Shown here: positions 49,959 to 62,119 of the stretch, piece by piece
How positions within the stretch are numbered: position 1 is the first letter of the stretch
Layout of the letters: each line of letters begins with the position of its first letter
Source: Flavobacterium sp.
Lineage (GTDB): Bacteria; Bacteroidota; Bacteroidia; Flavobacteriales; Flavobacteriaceae
NCBI GenBank assembly: GCA_041583035.1
Contig: JBFHGP010000001.1
Span: 1-63,537 of the forward strand
DNA: 63,537 nt
Reading direction: 5' to 3'
Notes under the pieces: model-generated
Databases searched by the model: none
Told to the model about the DNA's origin: nothing
Seen by the model: the letters and a program-made list of their open reading frames with translations, nothing else
Position numbers and translations under genes: made by a program

Positions 49959-50819
49959 TTATAAAATATTGAGTACTTGTTCTTTAATTTTTTCTAATTC
50001 TTCTTTCATTTGTACCACCAACTGCTGCATAGCAGCATAGTTAGATTTAGAACCGATAGTGTTGATTTCGCGACCCATTTCTTGTGCAATAAAAGAGAGT
50101 TTGCGGCCGTTTGATTGTGGTTCGTTGAGGGTTTCGGTAAAATAATCCAAATGTTTGTTGAGGCGTACTTCTTCTTCGTTTATATCCAATTTTTCGATAT
50201 AAAAAACAATTTCTTGTGCATATCTAGCTTCGTCAACGGTTTGCTTGAGGTCTTCCAATCCGCTCAGTAATCGCTCTTTAATCGCTTGGATGCGCTCGTT
50301 TTTGATTGCCGATATTTCGTTGAGTTTTGTTCTGATAATATCTATGTTCGTCTCAAAACTTTTGAGTGTATGTTCGCCTTCAGAAGCTCTAAATTCGTTG
50401 ATGCGCAATAGGGCATCTGAAGTGGTTTTTACGATTTCTTCCCACTCGCTTTCATCGATTTCGGCTTTTTCTGTTTTGAGTGCGTCGGGCATTCTTACCG
50501 CCATCTTCATCAATTCTGTCTCGTCTGCATCGGGCAAAATATTTTTCATTTGTGCGATATAATCTTTGACGATAGGAGCATTTACCGTAGTGTTGGTTTG
50601 CTCTGTAACATTCTCTATATAAAGCGAGTAGTCAACTTTGCCGCGGTGCAATTCGCTGGCCAATAGTTTGCGAAGCTCCAGTTCTTTTTCTCGATAAACC
50701 TGAGGTAGTCTCACATTCAAATCGAGCGATTTGCTGTTGAGTGACTTTATCTCAACAATAATTTTTTTGTTTGACATTTGGCTTACCGCCTTGCCAAAAC
50801 CGGTCATAGAATGAATCAT
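49959..50819 (-). CDS. YicC/YloC family endoribonuclease
   Basis: SMTGFG, RGKVD, GRKLSFIAQEMGREINTIGSK. Confidence 0.95.
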   Translation of the reverse strand: MIHSMTGFGKAVSQMSNKKIIVEIKSLNSKSLDLNVRLPQVYREKELELRKLLASELHRGKVDYSLYIENVTEQTNTTVNAPIVKDYIAQMKNILPDADETELMKMAVRMPDALKTEKAEIDESEWEEIVKTTSDALLRINEFRASEGEHTLKSFETNIDIIRTKLNEISAIKNERIQAIKERLLSGLEDLKQTVDEARYAQEIVFYIEKLDINEEEVRLNKHLDYFTETLNEPQSNGRKLSFIAQEMGREINTIGSKSNYAAMQQLVVQMKEELEKIKEQVLNIL

Positions 50820-50906
50820 ATAAATGGTATATAAAAGGCAAATTTACAAAAATCAAAGTAAATGATTGACCACTCGCCTGTTTAGTTGTTTTTTGTGATA
50901 AAATAT

Positions 50907-51653
50907 TTACCGATTGCCAATGGGTAAATCTACTTTTACAAGAATTATTTTTACGGACGAATCTTTTGCGTATCGTCTAAAATTTTTATGATTTTGGATG
51001 TGTTTTTTAGAGAATGACGAATGCAGATCCCAAAGGTATTTGGGTGTTTTGTTGAAGTGTTTTTGCAATATTTCATAGTTTTTAACATCCGAAGATACAC
51101 CAGTTGTAGGATGTTTTGCTAATAAAATTTTTATAGAATCTATCGTTTTGTTCAGCGAGTTTTCGCTTTTTGCGTGCAATTGATGTGGTAGATAAAAACT
51201 GGTTTTGAAATGAAGTGCAGCAAATATCGGCAACAATTCTACCTCGGGAGATTCGACGAGTATCAGGCTTTTGTTGAGACCATGTTTTTTTACAAGTTTG
51301 TCTAAAGTGTTGGCTGCTAGGCTCGCATTTGTCGGATTTAAGTTTTTAAGGTCTAACCAAATTTTTAAGTTTTTATTGTCGATTTTGGCAAAATATTGGT
51401 CTAAGTTTAGATTGATGGATTTTGCAGGCGGATGATTGACGTCAAATGACTGATTTTCTGCATGATAAACAAGGTCGAGCTCTACGCCTGAGTAAAACAT
51501 TGAAGTGTAAGTTAGTTTTTCCAGACTATTCACTCGGTGCGCCATTACTTTGTCTCCAACGCCGATGTAAGCAAGCTTGTATGGGCCAAACAAATAGAGG
51601 AGCCCAATAGCTATGGCAGCAATAATAATCTTTGTTTTTTTATCTTTCATCAT
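50907..51653 (-). CDS. Membrane-anchored phosphodiesterase-like (GDPD/PLC TIM-barrel) protein
   Basis: N-terminal TM anchor, AHRVNS, GVELDL, WLDLK. Confidence 0.6.
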   Translation of the reverse strand: MMKDKKTKIIIAAIAIGLLYLFGPYKLAYIGVGDKVMAHRVNSLEKLTYTSMFYSGVELDLVYHAENQSFDVNHPPAKSINLNLDQYFAKIDNKNLKIWLDLKNLNPTNASLAANTLDKLVKKHGLNKSLILVESPEVELLPIFAALHFKTSFYLPHQLHAKSENSLNKTIDSIKILLAKHPTTGVSSDVKNYEILQKHFNKTPKYLWDLHSSFSKKHIQNHKNFRRYAKDSSVKIILVKVDLPIGNR

Positions 51654-53211
51654 AATTAACGCCAGGAGATATCAGTCTTTTTTTATACACAAAATCTTTG
51701 CTAAAGATACTTTTTTTTGAATCAAATTGGTCAAAAGAAATTCTAGATAACTCAGAAAAACTGTGAATAAAATCGTCTAAAATATATTTTTGGTTGAGTT
51801 GTTGCTCAAAATTAATTGTGTTTTTTTCTTTATAATCTTTTGATAACCATACGATATATGGAATTTCATACATGGCGTTGGTGCCTATTTGTTCGAAGTG
51901 TCCAAAAGTATCCGAATCTTGATATACATCATCTCCATGATCAGAAAAATACAGCACAAAACTATTCTCGGTACGACGCTCAACCATTTGGATAATTGTC
52001 GAAACAACATAATCATTATACCTTACCGAGTTGTCATAATCATTGATAATTTGCTGAGCCTCAGCAGGCAGGTTTTTATTTTGTGGATTTTCTGTAAAAT
52101 AATTAAAATCAACAGGATAAGTGTCTTTGTACGGTAGGTGCGTGCCTGTTAAGTGTATAAAAATCATTTTTTTGGGAGACGTCTCGTCTTGCAGCGCTTT
52201 TTCTATAATCGGAAACAAAATTTCGTCTGGTTCTTGGCTGTTTTCGTGGGTAGACAATATATATTTTTGCACATCAGTAGCCTTGGCATAAACAGAAACT
52301 AACGATTCGTTAAAGCCCAATGGTTGCTGGTTGGATAGCCAATAAGTTTTAAACCCAGCCTGATTAGCTAGTTGAAAAACAGTGCCTAGCTCATTGTTTT
52401 GCGGTTGATTGTAGTTTCCCATGCTGAAAATCCTATCCAAAGACAGGATGGTGTGTGTGCGTGGGCTTATCACGTTTTGGTAAATATAAAGTTCGTCTTT
52501 TATGCTAGACAGTCGCGGATTGGTGTCGCGATAATACCCATACAGCCCCATGTTTCTTCTAGAAGTAGATTCGCCAACCACAACCACATAAGTGGCTTTT
52601 TCATCGTTATTTTTTACGCCGGTAAAATAACCAGAGGTTGGTCGTGCTATTTTTTGAGACAATTTTTGGTTGAACTGTCTATACTCATTGTAGGTTGTGC
52701 CAATGTATAATAGTATAGAAAAGTTGTAAAATTTGACAACCACAGCCAGGCAAATTACACTAAAAATCACAAACTCTCTACTTTTGATAACCACAATATC
52801 TGATAGCTTTTGGATTGTTTTTAACACCCAAATAAGATAACCAATAAATAGTAAAGGGTAATACCAATTTACATAACTACTGATAAAACCTATTGCTTCT
52901 TGATAATTGGTCTCAAAAGTAGTAAAGAGTAAAGCCTTGTTTATCAAGTGATAAAAAGTGTAAAGTACGCCAATCTGTATAAACAAAAGACTATAAAAAA
53001 TGAATAGTAATATGATTCCGATTGTTTTTAATTTTTGTCTCTTAACACAAAAGATAAACGATAAAATAAAAGCTAACACAGCAAAGTTAAACACAACCTC
53101 TTTGCTTATCGTTTTTATCGCGATCTCGTTCAAAAACATTAATAACCCATAAAAAATAATGGGTAAAAAAAGTACAGCAGACGACAGAATGTTTTTAACG
53201 AGAGATTTCAC
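51640..53211 (-). CDS. Phosphoethanolamine transferase (EptA/CptA-like)
   Basis: 5 TM helices, FETN..EA, VVVVGES, catalytic Thr region THT, HLTGTH, YDNSV, SDHG. Probable GTG start at 53211. Confidence 0.88.
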   Translation of the reverse strand: MKSLVKNILSSAVLFLPIIFYGLLMFLNEIAIKTISKEVVFNFAVLAFILSFIFCVKRQKLKTIGIILLFIFYSLLFIQIGVLYTFYHLINKALLFTTFETNYQEAIGFISSYVNWYYPLLFIGYLIWVLKTIQKLSDIVVIKSREFVIFSVICLAVVVKFYNFSILLYIGTTYNEYRQFNQKLSQKIARPTSGYFTGVKNNDEKATYVVVVGESTSRRNMGLYGYYRDTNPRLSSIKDELYIYQNVISPRTHTILSLDRIFSMGNYNQPQNNELGTVFQLANQAGFKTYWLSNQQPLGFNESLVSVYAKATDVQKYILSTHENSQEPDEILFPIIEKALQDETSPKKMIFIHLTGTHLPYKDTYPVDFNYFTENPQNKNLPAEAQQIINDYDNSVRYNDYVVSTIIQMVERRTENSFVLYFSDHGDDVYQDSDTFGHFEQIGTNAMYEIPYIVWLSKDYKEKNTINFEQQLNQKYILDDFIHSFSELSRISFDQFDSKKSIFSKDFVYKKRLISPGVNYDER

Positions 53212-53219
53212 TTTCTGTA

Positions 53220-54182
53220 TTATGATTTTTTTCTGTTGAGTACGGGCAATAGTATAAATGACAAACCACCAGCAACCACCAAAATTATTGTTTGCGAAGA
53301 CCACAAAATCCAACCAAAGGTTGTGCCTGCCGTCTCTGGCACTTGATAAAGGAGCAATACTTGTGCAATCATAAGTGGGAACGCTCCCAGCCCTCCGTTG
53401 GTAAAAGACACAGCCAAGCTACCCACAACAAAGGTAACCAATATTATCCCGAATGATAGGCTAGCGGTGGCTTCGAGCGCTTTGGTGCCAAAGTAAAATG
53501 TAGCAATGTATGCGCTCCAAATAATCGCGGTGTGTAGCAAAAACGGACCTCTGTTGGGCATCCGAAATAAGCTGAGTAGGCCTTCAATCAACCCTTTTGT
53601 TTTTTGTCTTATTTTTTCAAAAAAAGGATGTTTTGATTGATAAACCAAATAGACAAACCCAATGGCGATAATGGCAAAAATACAGCCGGCAATCATCAGT
53701 TTTTCGAACGGAATAAGTGCCGCTAAAAAATCGTACAATTGTCGAAATTGTATCAAAAACACCAAACTCATCATAAGTAGCAAACAGACAAGGTCAACGA
53801 CTCTTTCAGAAATAATGCTGCCAAAGCCTTTGTCAAACGGTACCTTTTCGTATTTCTGTAGCAAAACTGCCCGAGAGATTTCGCCTGAGCGCGGAATCGT
53901 AAAATTGAGTAAATACGAGACCGATACCGCCATCAATCGGTTGTAGTTTTTAGGGTTATAGCCCATGTGATTGAGTGGGTATTTCCAGCGATAAGCTCTC
54001 GATATTAGAGCAATAGAGGTAAATACTCCCGAGAGCAAAATGTATCGCCAGTCGGCTTGTTGCCAATGGTTTTTGATTTCGGCTATTTGCTCGGCACTAA
54101 ATTTGTTAAAAGCGTATATAACCAAAAAAACTCCCAGCAAAAGTGGGAGTAGTGTAGAAAATATTTTTTTAACTTTTTTCAA
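53220..54182 (-). CDS. Lysylphosphatidylglycerol synthase TM (flippase-like) protein
   Basis: SRAYRW, PRSGEISRA, GSIISERVVD, GGLGAFP. Confidence 0.9.
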   Translation of the reverse strand: MKKVKKIFSTLLPLLLGVFLVIYAFNKFSAEQIAEIKNHWQQADWRYILLSGVFTSIALISRAYRWKYPLNHMGYNPKNYNRLMAVSVSYLLNFTIPRSGEISRAVLLQKYEKVPFDKGFGSIISERVVDLVCLLLMMSLVFLIQFRQLYDFLAALIPFEKLMIAGCIFAIIAIGFVYLVYQSKHPFFEKIRQKTKGLIEGLLSLFRMPNRGPFLLHTAIIWSAYIATFYFGTKALEATASLSFGIILVTFVVGSLAVSFTNGGLGAFPLMIAQVLLLYQVPETAGTTFGWILWSSQTIILVVAGGLSFILLPVLNRKKS

Positions 54183-54533
54183 TTATTTTAACGCATTGGT
54201 TTCTTCGTTCGGGAAAATTATCCAAGGCGTGAAGGTTTTGGCTTCTTCAAAATCAAGCAAAGCATAACTGATGATGATCAAAATATCATCTTTTTGTACT
54301 CTACGCGCCGCCGGACCATTGAGGGTGATTTCGCCACTATTCTTTGGGCCAGGGATGATGTAAGTCTCAAAACGCTCACCGTTATTGATGTTTACAATCG
54401 TTACTTTTTCGCCTTCAATCATGTTTGCTGCTTCCATCAAAGCAGTATCTATCGTGATGCTCCCAATATAGTTGAGCTCGGCACCGGTTACTTTTACGCG
54501 GTGTATTTTTGATTTTAAAACTTCTATTTGCAT
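54183..54533 (-). CDS. panD: Aspartate 1-decarboxylase
   Basis: [14 protein letters not shown] cleavage site, RFETY, LNGPAAR. Confidence 0.97.
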   Translation of the reverse strand: MQIEVLKSKIHRVKVTGAELNYIGSITIDTALMEAANMIEGEKVTIVNINNGERFETYIIPGPKNSGEITLNGPAARRVQKDDILIIISYALLDFEEAKTFTPWIIFPNEETNALK

Positions 54534-54549
54534 GCCACAAAGTTATAAA

Positions 54550-55398
54550 TTAATTTAGAGATATATTATCAATCAACCTAACATTCTCGATATGAGCAAC
54601 CACAAAGCCTCTGTACTTCTGATTTTTGACTTTTTTCTCGGCTGACTGTAAGCTGTCTTCATCTGCAATTTCAAAATATTCTAAAGAAAGATTTGGGTGA
54701 TTTGCAAACTGGTTTTCTACCCAATTTTTCAAATCGTGAATGCTCAAATGCTCAAATTTTTGCTGTGCTTGCAAAAGCGTTTGGTAGATAAAAGTGGCGT
54801 CTGCTTTGGCTTTTTCAGACAATCGCTCGTTGCGCGAACTCATCGCCAAGCCACTTGTTTCTCTATGGATAGGACAACCGACAATTTCGATACCAAAATT
54901 TTTCTTTTCGACCATTTTTCGAATAATTTGTAGTTGTTGAAAATCTTTTTCGCCAAAATATGCTTTTGTAGGTTTAATAATTTCAAAAAACTTGCCCACA
55001 ATTGTACCCACGCCGTCAAAATGCCCAGGTCTGTTAGCGCCTTCCATTTCGTTCTCTAACCCGTCAAACTGATGGGTTTCTGAAGTAATATTTTTTTCGT
55101 AAATATCCTCCGCCTTTGGGATGTAAACAATCAGCTGCTTGGTATAAACTTTGAGCAATGACAAGTCGCGCTCCAACGTCCGTGGATATTTTTTTAAATC
55201 TTCGGCGTTGTCAAACTGCGTTGGATTAACAAAAATACTCACCACTACATAATCGTTTTCTTCTACGGCACGAGCTATCAACGAGAGGTGCCCATGGTGT
55301 AAAGCACCCATGGTTGGCACAAGACCGATGTTTAACGAGTTGTTTTTTAGCTCTTTGATACGAGCAGACAATAACTTTTTGGTTTCAAAAATCTCCAT
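54550..55398 (-). CDS. panC: Pantoate-beta-alanine ligase
   Basis: PTMGALHHGH, RPGHFDGV, FGEKDFQQ, AMSSRN, RLIDN. Confidence 0.97.
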   Translation of the reverse strand: MEIFETKKLLSARIKELKNNSLNIGLVPTMGALHHGHLSLIARAVEENDYVVVSIFVNPTQFDNAEDLKKYPRTLERDLSLLKVYTKQLIVYIPKAEDIYEKNITSETHQFDGLENEMEGANRPGHFDGVGTIVGKFFEIIKPTKAYFGEKDFQQLQIIRKMVEKKNFGIEIVGCPIHRETSGLAMSSRNERLSEKAKADATFIYQTLLQAQQKFEHLSIHDLKNWVENQFANHPNLSLEYFEIADEDSLQSAEKKVKNQKYRGFVVAHIENVRLIDNISLN

Positions 55399-55500
55399 GT
55401 AAAAATCCTTAATCTCGGCAAAATTAGCATTTTAGACAAAAAAGTGGTTATTTTTTTGTATTTTTGCATGTTTTTATTTCAATAAATTAAATATTGTACG

Positions 55501-56310
55501 ATGATGAAAGATAAGAGGATATTATATGTGTCGTCTGAGGTTGTTCCTTATTTGCCTGAAAATGAAGTGTCTAAGTCGTCTTTTGACTTGCCAAAGATGA
55601 TTAATGATATCGGAGGACAGATAAGAATTTTTATGCCACGATACGGTAACGTAAACGAGAGAAGACACCAATTACACGAAGTGATTAGATTGTCAGGGAT
55701 GAATTTGGTAATCAATGATATGGATATGCCATTGATTATCAAGGTAGCATCGATACCAAAAGAAAGAATTCAAGTATATTTTATAGATAACGACGAGTAT
55801 TTCAAACGCAAATCTACTTTTGTTGATGAAGATAACAACTTGTTTGAAGACAATGATGAGCGCGCGATTTTTTTCACCAAAGGTGTGATAGAAACGGTTA
55901 AAAAACTCAACTGGGTGCCAGATGTTATTCATGTTCATGGATGGTTGGCATCGTTGGTGCCGATGTATATGAAAAAATATTATAAAGACGAGAATATTTT
56001 TGAAGACACCAAGATTGTTACCTCTATTTACAACGATACGTTTGAAGGCGGATTGACCAACAATATGTTTGACAAAGTAGCTTTTGATGGCTTTGACAAA
56101 GCAGATTTGGACAAACTCAAAGAGCCCACCTTTAATAATTTGATGAAAAACGCCATCGATTTTTCTGACGCTGTATTTATTGGCTCAGAAGAGATAGATG
56201 CAGATTTAACAGAATATATAGAGAGTTCAAAAAAACCTTTTATACCTTTCATCCCTCAAGAAAAACGCTCAGAAGATTATCTGGCATTTTATAAAAACGA
56301 AGTTTTATAA
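55501..56310 (+). CDS. Glycogen/starch synthase-like (GT5 N-terminal domain only)
   Basis: SSEVVPY, FMPRYG, DNDER, PDVIHVHGW. Confidence 0.9.
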   Translation: MMKDKRILYVSSEVVPYLPENEVSKSSFDLPKMINDIGGQIRIFMPRYGNVNERRHQLHEVIRLSGMNLVINDMDMPLIIKVASIPKERIQVYFIDNDEYFKRKSTFVDEDNNLFEDNDERAIFFTKGVIETVKKLNWVPDVIHVHGWLASLVPMYMKKYYKDENIFEDTKIVTSIYNDTFEGGLTNNMFDKVAFDGFDKADLDKLKEPTFNNLMKNAIDFSDAVFIGSEEIDADLTEYIESSKKPFIPFIPQEKRSEDYLAFYKNEVL

Positions 56311-56316
56311 CGAGTT

Positions 56317-57879
56317 ATGAAAAATAAATCATTAGTTGCAACAATTACTGCCGCTGCAAGTTTGTTGTTTATATCGTGCGAGCAAGACGCCGTAGAGTTA
56401 AACTCCGATGTTTTTGGAGAAGATCCTTTTGGGTTCGAAAAATACGAGTCTGATGGCATTGATGCAAAAATTGTCTCTACCCAGCAGGTGAGCACACTCA
56501 ATTTGCCTTCAACTACCTTAGGCTTTTTTGACCATCCGGTTTTTGGCAAAACCAAAGCAGATTTTGTCTCACAAGTAGAGCTGATGAGCGGTTCGCTCTC
56601 AGATATTGGCGAAAACCCTGTGCTCGACTCTGTTTATGTATACTTGCCGTACAACAGCACGCTAGAGACAACTGATTCAAACGGCGATTCTACCTACGAA
56701 TTACAAAATGTTTACGGAGAAGGTTCTTTTGATTTGTCGGTTTACGAAAACGGGTATTTTTTAAGAAATCAAGATCCAAACAATGATTTTGAAGACCAAC
56801 AATATTACTCTGATCAGCACGATATTTTTTCACAAAACAAAAAAGGAGTTGGCGGTACCGGGCGTTTGAACGACGCAGCAGATGCCGAACAAAACACCAA
56901 TTTTGTAGTTAATGACGACGAAATTATATTGTACAAACTCAATGAAGAAGGAGAACAAGTAGTCAGCGAACGCAAAAAACCAGGTATTTGGTTAGATCTG
57001 AACAAAACTTATTTTCAGGAACGCTTTTTTGACAACAATCAATACAAAACCATTAGCAACAACAATCGTTTAAAAGAATTTTTTAGAGGATTGTATTTTG
57101 CTGTCGAATCAGATGGATTAGATAACCTGTTGATGCAATTAGACCTAGCCGAAGCCGAAATGGTTTTTGTATATCACCAAGACGGTGACGAAGCAGGCGA
57201 GAGAGAACGCCAAACAACCACTTTTGCTCTAGGATATTCAACAGCGTCAGGTAATACTAGAAGCAACAATACTGTAAACCTTTTCGAAAACGCGCCGACA
57301 AGTGAATACGAAAGCGCGCTTACGGGCAACAGTCAACTGCTTTGGCTGAAGGGCAACGAAGGCTCTGTGGCCGAACTGACTTTGCTGAACGAAGACGAAA
57401 TCGACTTTATCAAAACTCAAGACTGGTTGGTAAACCAAGCAGTACTTACTGTTTTTGTCGATCCACAAACCATGCAAAATTATACCGATTATAGCCCGAG
57501 TAGATTGTATTTGTATGATATGACCAACAACAAGGCGATGAAAGATTTTACAAATGATCAAACCACATCTCCTTACAAAAGTATTTACAACGGGTTTTTG
57601 GACACATCGGCAGAACCATATAAATACAGATTCAGAATCACTGATTATATCGTAGATTTGATAAGCAATGATTCGACTAATTATAAATTGGGCTTGGCGG
57701 TTACTGGCGATATCACTAACACACAATATAGTTTACTGAAAAACGCAGTGCCTACTACAGACAGAATACCAGCGTCTATGGTGTCGTTCCCATTTGGTAC
57801 AGTAGTAAACAATGGTGATGACAGTCATGGAGCAAACAAAATGAAATTAGAGATTTATTATACCAAAAAAGAAAACTAA
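56317..57879 (+). CDS. DUF4270 family lipoprotein
   Basis: Lipobox ISC, HPVFGKT.A.FVSQ, FRGLYF, KLEIYYTK; position between the GT5 gene and glmS. Confidence 0.85.
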   Translation: MKNKSLVATITAAASLLFISCEQDAVELNSDVFGEDPFGFEKYESDGIDAKIVSTQQVSTLNLPSTTLGFFDHPVFGKTKADFVSQVELMSGSLSDIGENPVLDSVYVYLPYNSTLETTDSNGDSTYELQNVYGEGSFDLSVYENGYFLRNQDPNNDFEDQQYYSDQHDIFSQNKKGVGGTGRLNDAADAEQNTNFVVNDDEIILYKLNEEGEQVVSERKKPGIWLDLNKTYFQERFFDNNQYKTISNNNRLKEFFRGLYFAVESDGLDNLLMQLDLAEAEMVFVYHQDGDEAGERERQTTTFALGYSTASGNTRSNNTVNLFENAPTSEYESALTGNSQLLWLKGNEGSVAELTLLNEDEIDFIKTQDWLVNQAVLTVFVDPQTMQNYTDYSPSRLYLYDMTNNKAMKDFTNDQTTSPYKSIYNGFLDTSAEPYKYRFRITDYIVDLISNDSTNYKLGLAVTGDITNTQYSLLKNAVPTTDRIPASMVSFPFGTVVNNGDDSHGANKMKLEIYYTKKEN

Positions 57880-57881
57880 TT

Positions 57882-59726
57882 ATGTGCGGAATAGTTGGAT
57901 ACATCGGTGCAAAGCAAGCTTATCCTGTAATATTGAAAGGATTGAAGCGATTAGAATATAGAGGGTATGACAGTGCAGGTATTGTGCTGTATGATGGAGA
58001 GCAATTTGTGGCCGAAAAAACCGTTGGTAAAGTGGCTGATTTAGAGCAAAAAGCTGATGGTGTGCTCGTGAACGGAACCATGGGTATCGGACACACGCGA
58101 TGGGCTACACACGGTGTGCCAAATGATGTAAACTCTCATCCACACTTTTCTAATTCGGGCGACTTGGTGATTGTGCATAATGGAATCATCGAGAATTATG
58201 AGTCGCTCAAAAAAGAATTGATTGCTCGTGGTTATACTTTTCAATCAGATACCGATACTGAGGTTTTGATTAATTTGATTGAAGAAATTCAAAAAAGCAA
58301 AAATCTTAAATTGGGTAAAGCGGTTCAAATTGCTTTAAACCAAGTGATTGGCGCTTATGCAATATGCGTAATGGATATCAAAAAACCAAACGAAATTGTT
58401 GCTGCTCGATTGGGTAGCCCATTGGCGATTGGTATTGGTGACGGAGAGTATTTTGTCGCCTCTGATGCTTCTCCTTTTATAGAATACACCAACAATGCCG
58501 TGTACCTCGAAGACGAAGAAATGGCGATTATCCGCACGCACAAACCATTAAAAATTCGTAAAATTACAAGCGATAAAGAAGTGAGTCCGTACGTGCAAGA
58601 GCTGCAACTCAACCTTGAGCAAATAGAAAAAGGTGGCTACGACCACTTTATGCTCAAAGAAATTTACGAACAACCACAAGCGATTAAAGATACTTTTAGA
58701 GGTCGTTTGCACAGCGATAGCGGGCTTATCCGTATGGCTGGCATCGAAGACAATCTCAATAAGTTTTTGAACGCCAACAGAATCATCATCGCGGCATGCG
58801 GAACTTCTTGGCACGCTGCTTTGGTGGCAGAATACATGATAGAGGAGTTTGCACGTATCCCTGTTGAGGTAGAATATGCGTCAGAGTTTAGATACCGCAA
58901 CCCAGTCATCAACGAAGACGATGTGATGATTGCTATTTCGCAATCTGGCGAAACTGCTGATACTTTGGCAGCGATAAAATTGGCCAAAGAAAAAGGCGCT
59001 TTTGTGTTTGGTGTTTGCAATGTAGTAGGGTCGTCTATTGCGCGCGAAACCCATGCAGGGGCTTATACTCACGCAGGGCCAGAGATTGGCGTAGCATCGA
59101 CCAAGGCTTTTACTACACAAATCACCGTGTTGTCGTTGATTGCTTTGCGACTGGCACATGCCAAAGGCAATATTTCAAAATCTGATTACCTTAGACAATT
59201 GGTAGAGCTCGAAGCGATTCCAAACAAAGTAGAAGAAGCGCTGAAAGAAGACAAAAAAATTGTTGATATATCAGCGATTTATAAAGATGCGACCAACTGT
59301 TTGTTTTTGGGTAGAGGCGTAAACTTCCCGGTAGCATTAGAAGGAGCATTAAAACTCAAAGAGATTTCGTACATTCACGCAGAGGGATATCCGGCAGCAG
59401 AGATGAAACACGGCCCGATTGCCTTGATAGACGAAAACATGCCGGTGATTGTGGTTGCGCCACAGCAGCAGCACTACGAGAAAATCGTGAGCAATGTGCA
59501 AGAAATCAAAGCCCGTAGCGGAAAAATTATTGCCATTGTGACCAAAGGCGATAAGCAGGTGAGAGAAATGGCTGACCACGTGATAGAGATACCAGACAGC
59601 ACCGAGGCATTTACCTCTATTTTGGCAACTATTCCGTTGCAATTGTTGTCTTACCATATTGCGTTGATGCGCGGTGCTAATGTAGACCAACCACGCAACT
59701 TAGCAAAGGCGGTTACAGTAGAATAA
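57882..59726 (+). CDS. glmS: Glutamine-fructose-6-phosphate transaminase
   Basis: MCGIVG, EYRGYDSAG, HTRWATHG, SQSGETAD, PRNLAKAVTVE. Confidence 0.99.
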   Translation: MCGIVGYIGAKQAYPVILKGLKRLEYRGYDSAGIVLYDGEQFVAEKTVGKVADLEQKADGVLVNGTMGIGHTRWATHGVPNDVNSHPHFSNSGDLVIVHNGIIENYESLKKELIARGYTFQSDTDTEVLINLIEEIQKSKNLKLGKAVQIALNQVIGAYAICVMDIKKPNEIVAARLGSPLAIGIGDGEYFVASDASPFIEYTNNAVYLEDEEMAIIRTHKPLKIRKITSDKEVSPYVQELQLNLEQIEKGGYDHFMLKEIYEQPQAIKDTFRGRLHSDSGLIRMAGIEDNLNKFLNANRIIIAACGTSWHAALVAEYMIEEFARIPVEVEYASEFRYRNPVINEDDVMIAISQSGETADTLAAIKLAKEKGAFVFGVCNVVGSSIARETHAGAYTHAGPEIGVASTKAFTTQITVLSLIALRLAHAKGNISKSDYLRQLVELEAIPNKVEEALKEDKKIVDISAIYKDATNCLFLGRGVNFPVALEGALKLKEISYIHAEGYPAAEMKHGPIALIDENMPVIVVAPQQQHYEKIVSNVQEIKARSGKIIAIVTKGDKQVREMADHVIEIPDSTEAFTSILATIPLQLLSYHIALMRGANVDQPRNLAKAVTVE

Positions 59727-59752
59727 TTAACGGTGAAAACCATCAATAATAA

Positions 59753-59784
59753 AATGCCTGAATTTTTTCAGGCATTATTTTTTT
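59753..59784 (+). terminator. Terminator after glmS
   Basis: AATGCCTGAA-TTTT-TTCAGGCATT followed by a T-tract. Confidence 0.75.
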
Positions 59785-59788
59785 ACAG

Positions 59789-60427
59789 ATGAGAATATTG
59801 TACGCTATATTGTTTGTGCTGGCTATGTTGGTGCTACAAGCAATTTTGTTTTATTTGGCCAATGTTTTTGGCTTTATCAAATCTTATGAAGAAGCAAGTT
59901 TTGGCATACAAGTGATTATCGACATCGTTTTTTTGGTGTCGGCAATCTTTATATGGCGATATTTTGCCAAGCACAAACAGCGCAACGCACTGTTTTATAC
60001 CAAAAAGTCTATAACGCTTTCTATAATATGTACGTTGTTGTTGGTTGTAATTTTTGTGGGCGAAAGATGTTTTTATTTTTCTAGTTTTTTATCATGTGAT
60101 TATAGGCAAATGTTAGACTTTACTTGGAATGCCAATGCCAAAATCGAATATTACTTGTGCAGAACCGTTTTGATAGCACCGATTTTAGAAGAATTAATTT
60201 TTAGAAAATATATTACCAATTATATTGCCACCACGCCGCAAAAATTACCGATAGCCATCATTGTAAGTAGCGTACTTTTTGCACTTAGTCATACCATTTT
60301 GGATGCGTTTTTGTTCTACTTCTTGTCGGGTATCTTGTTTTCAATGATTTATCAATCTAGCAAAACCATTATTTGGCCCATTATTTTGCATGCTGTTTTC
60401 AACTTGCTGGTGTATGCTTTTGCTTGA
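59789..60427 (+). CDS. CPBP (CAAX/Abi) intramembrane metalloprotease
   Basis: APILEELIFR, FALSH, PIILHAVFN. Confidence 0.9.
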   Translation: MRILYAILFVLAMLVLQAILFYLANVFGFIKSYEEASFGIQVIIDIVFLVSAIFIWRYFAKHKQRNALFYTKKSITLSIICTLLLVVIFVGERCFYFSSFLSCDYRQMLDFTWNANAKIEYYLCRTVLIAPILEELIFRKYITNYIATTPQKLPIAIIVSSVLFALSHTILDAFLFYFLSGILFSMIYQSSKTIIWPIILHAVFNLLVYAFA

Positions 60428-60562
60428 TAATAAAAGGGTTTGACTATCTGGTAATTATTTTTTGTATAATTTTTTAATAAGGCTTTAAAATTAAGAGAAA
60501 AAAACTATCTTTGCACTCGGAAAAGCTATAGGCTGATTCACGAATAGATAATAAGCTGTTAA

Positions 60563-62089
<1,527 letters not shown>

Positions 62090-62119
62090 GTAACCACTAA
62101 TCACTAATTACGAAGACCT

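Noticed and set aside
53212-53313. N-terminal extension of the 557-aa ORF
   Set aside because: Overlaps the upstream flippase-like gene in another frame; GTG at 53211 is the more plausible start.
55501-56310. Truncated glycogen synthase pseudogene
   Set aside because: The single-domain ~270-aa form before DUF4270-glmS is the usual Bacteroidota arrangement; no lesion is visible.
59690-60427. Tn7-like insertion at the glmS 3' end
   Set aside because: Only a CPBP gene follows; no tns genes, TGT...ACA ends with repeated TnsB sites, or target duplication seen.
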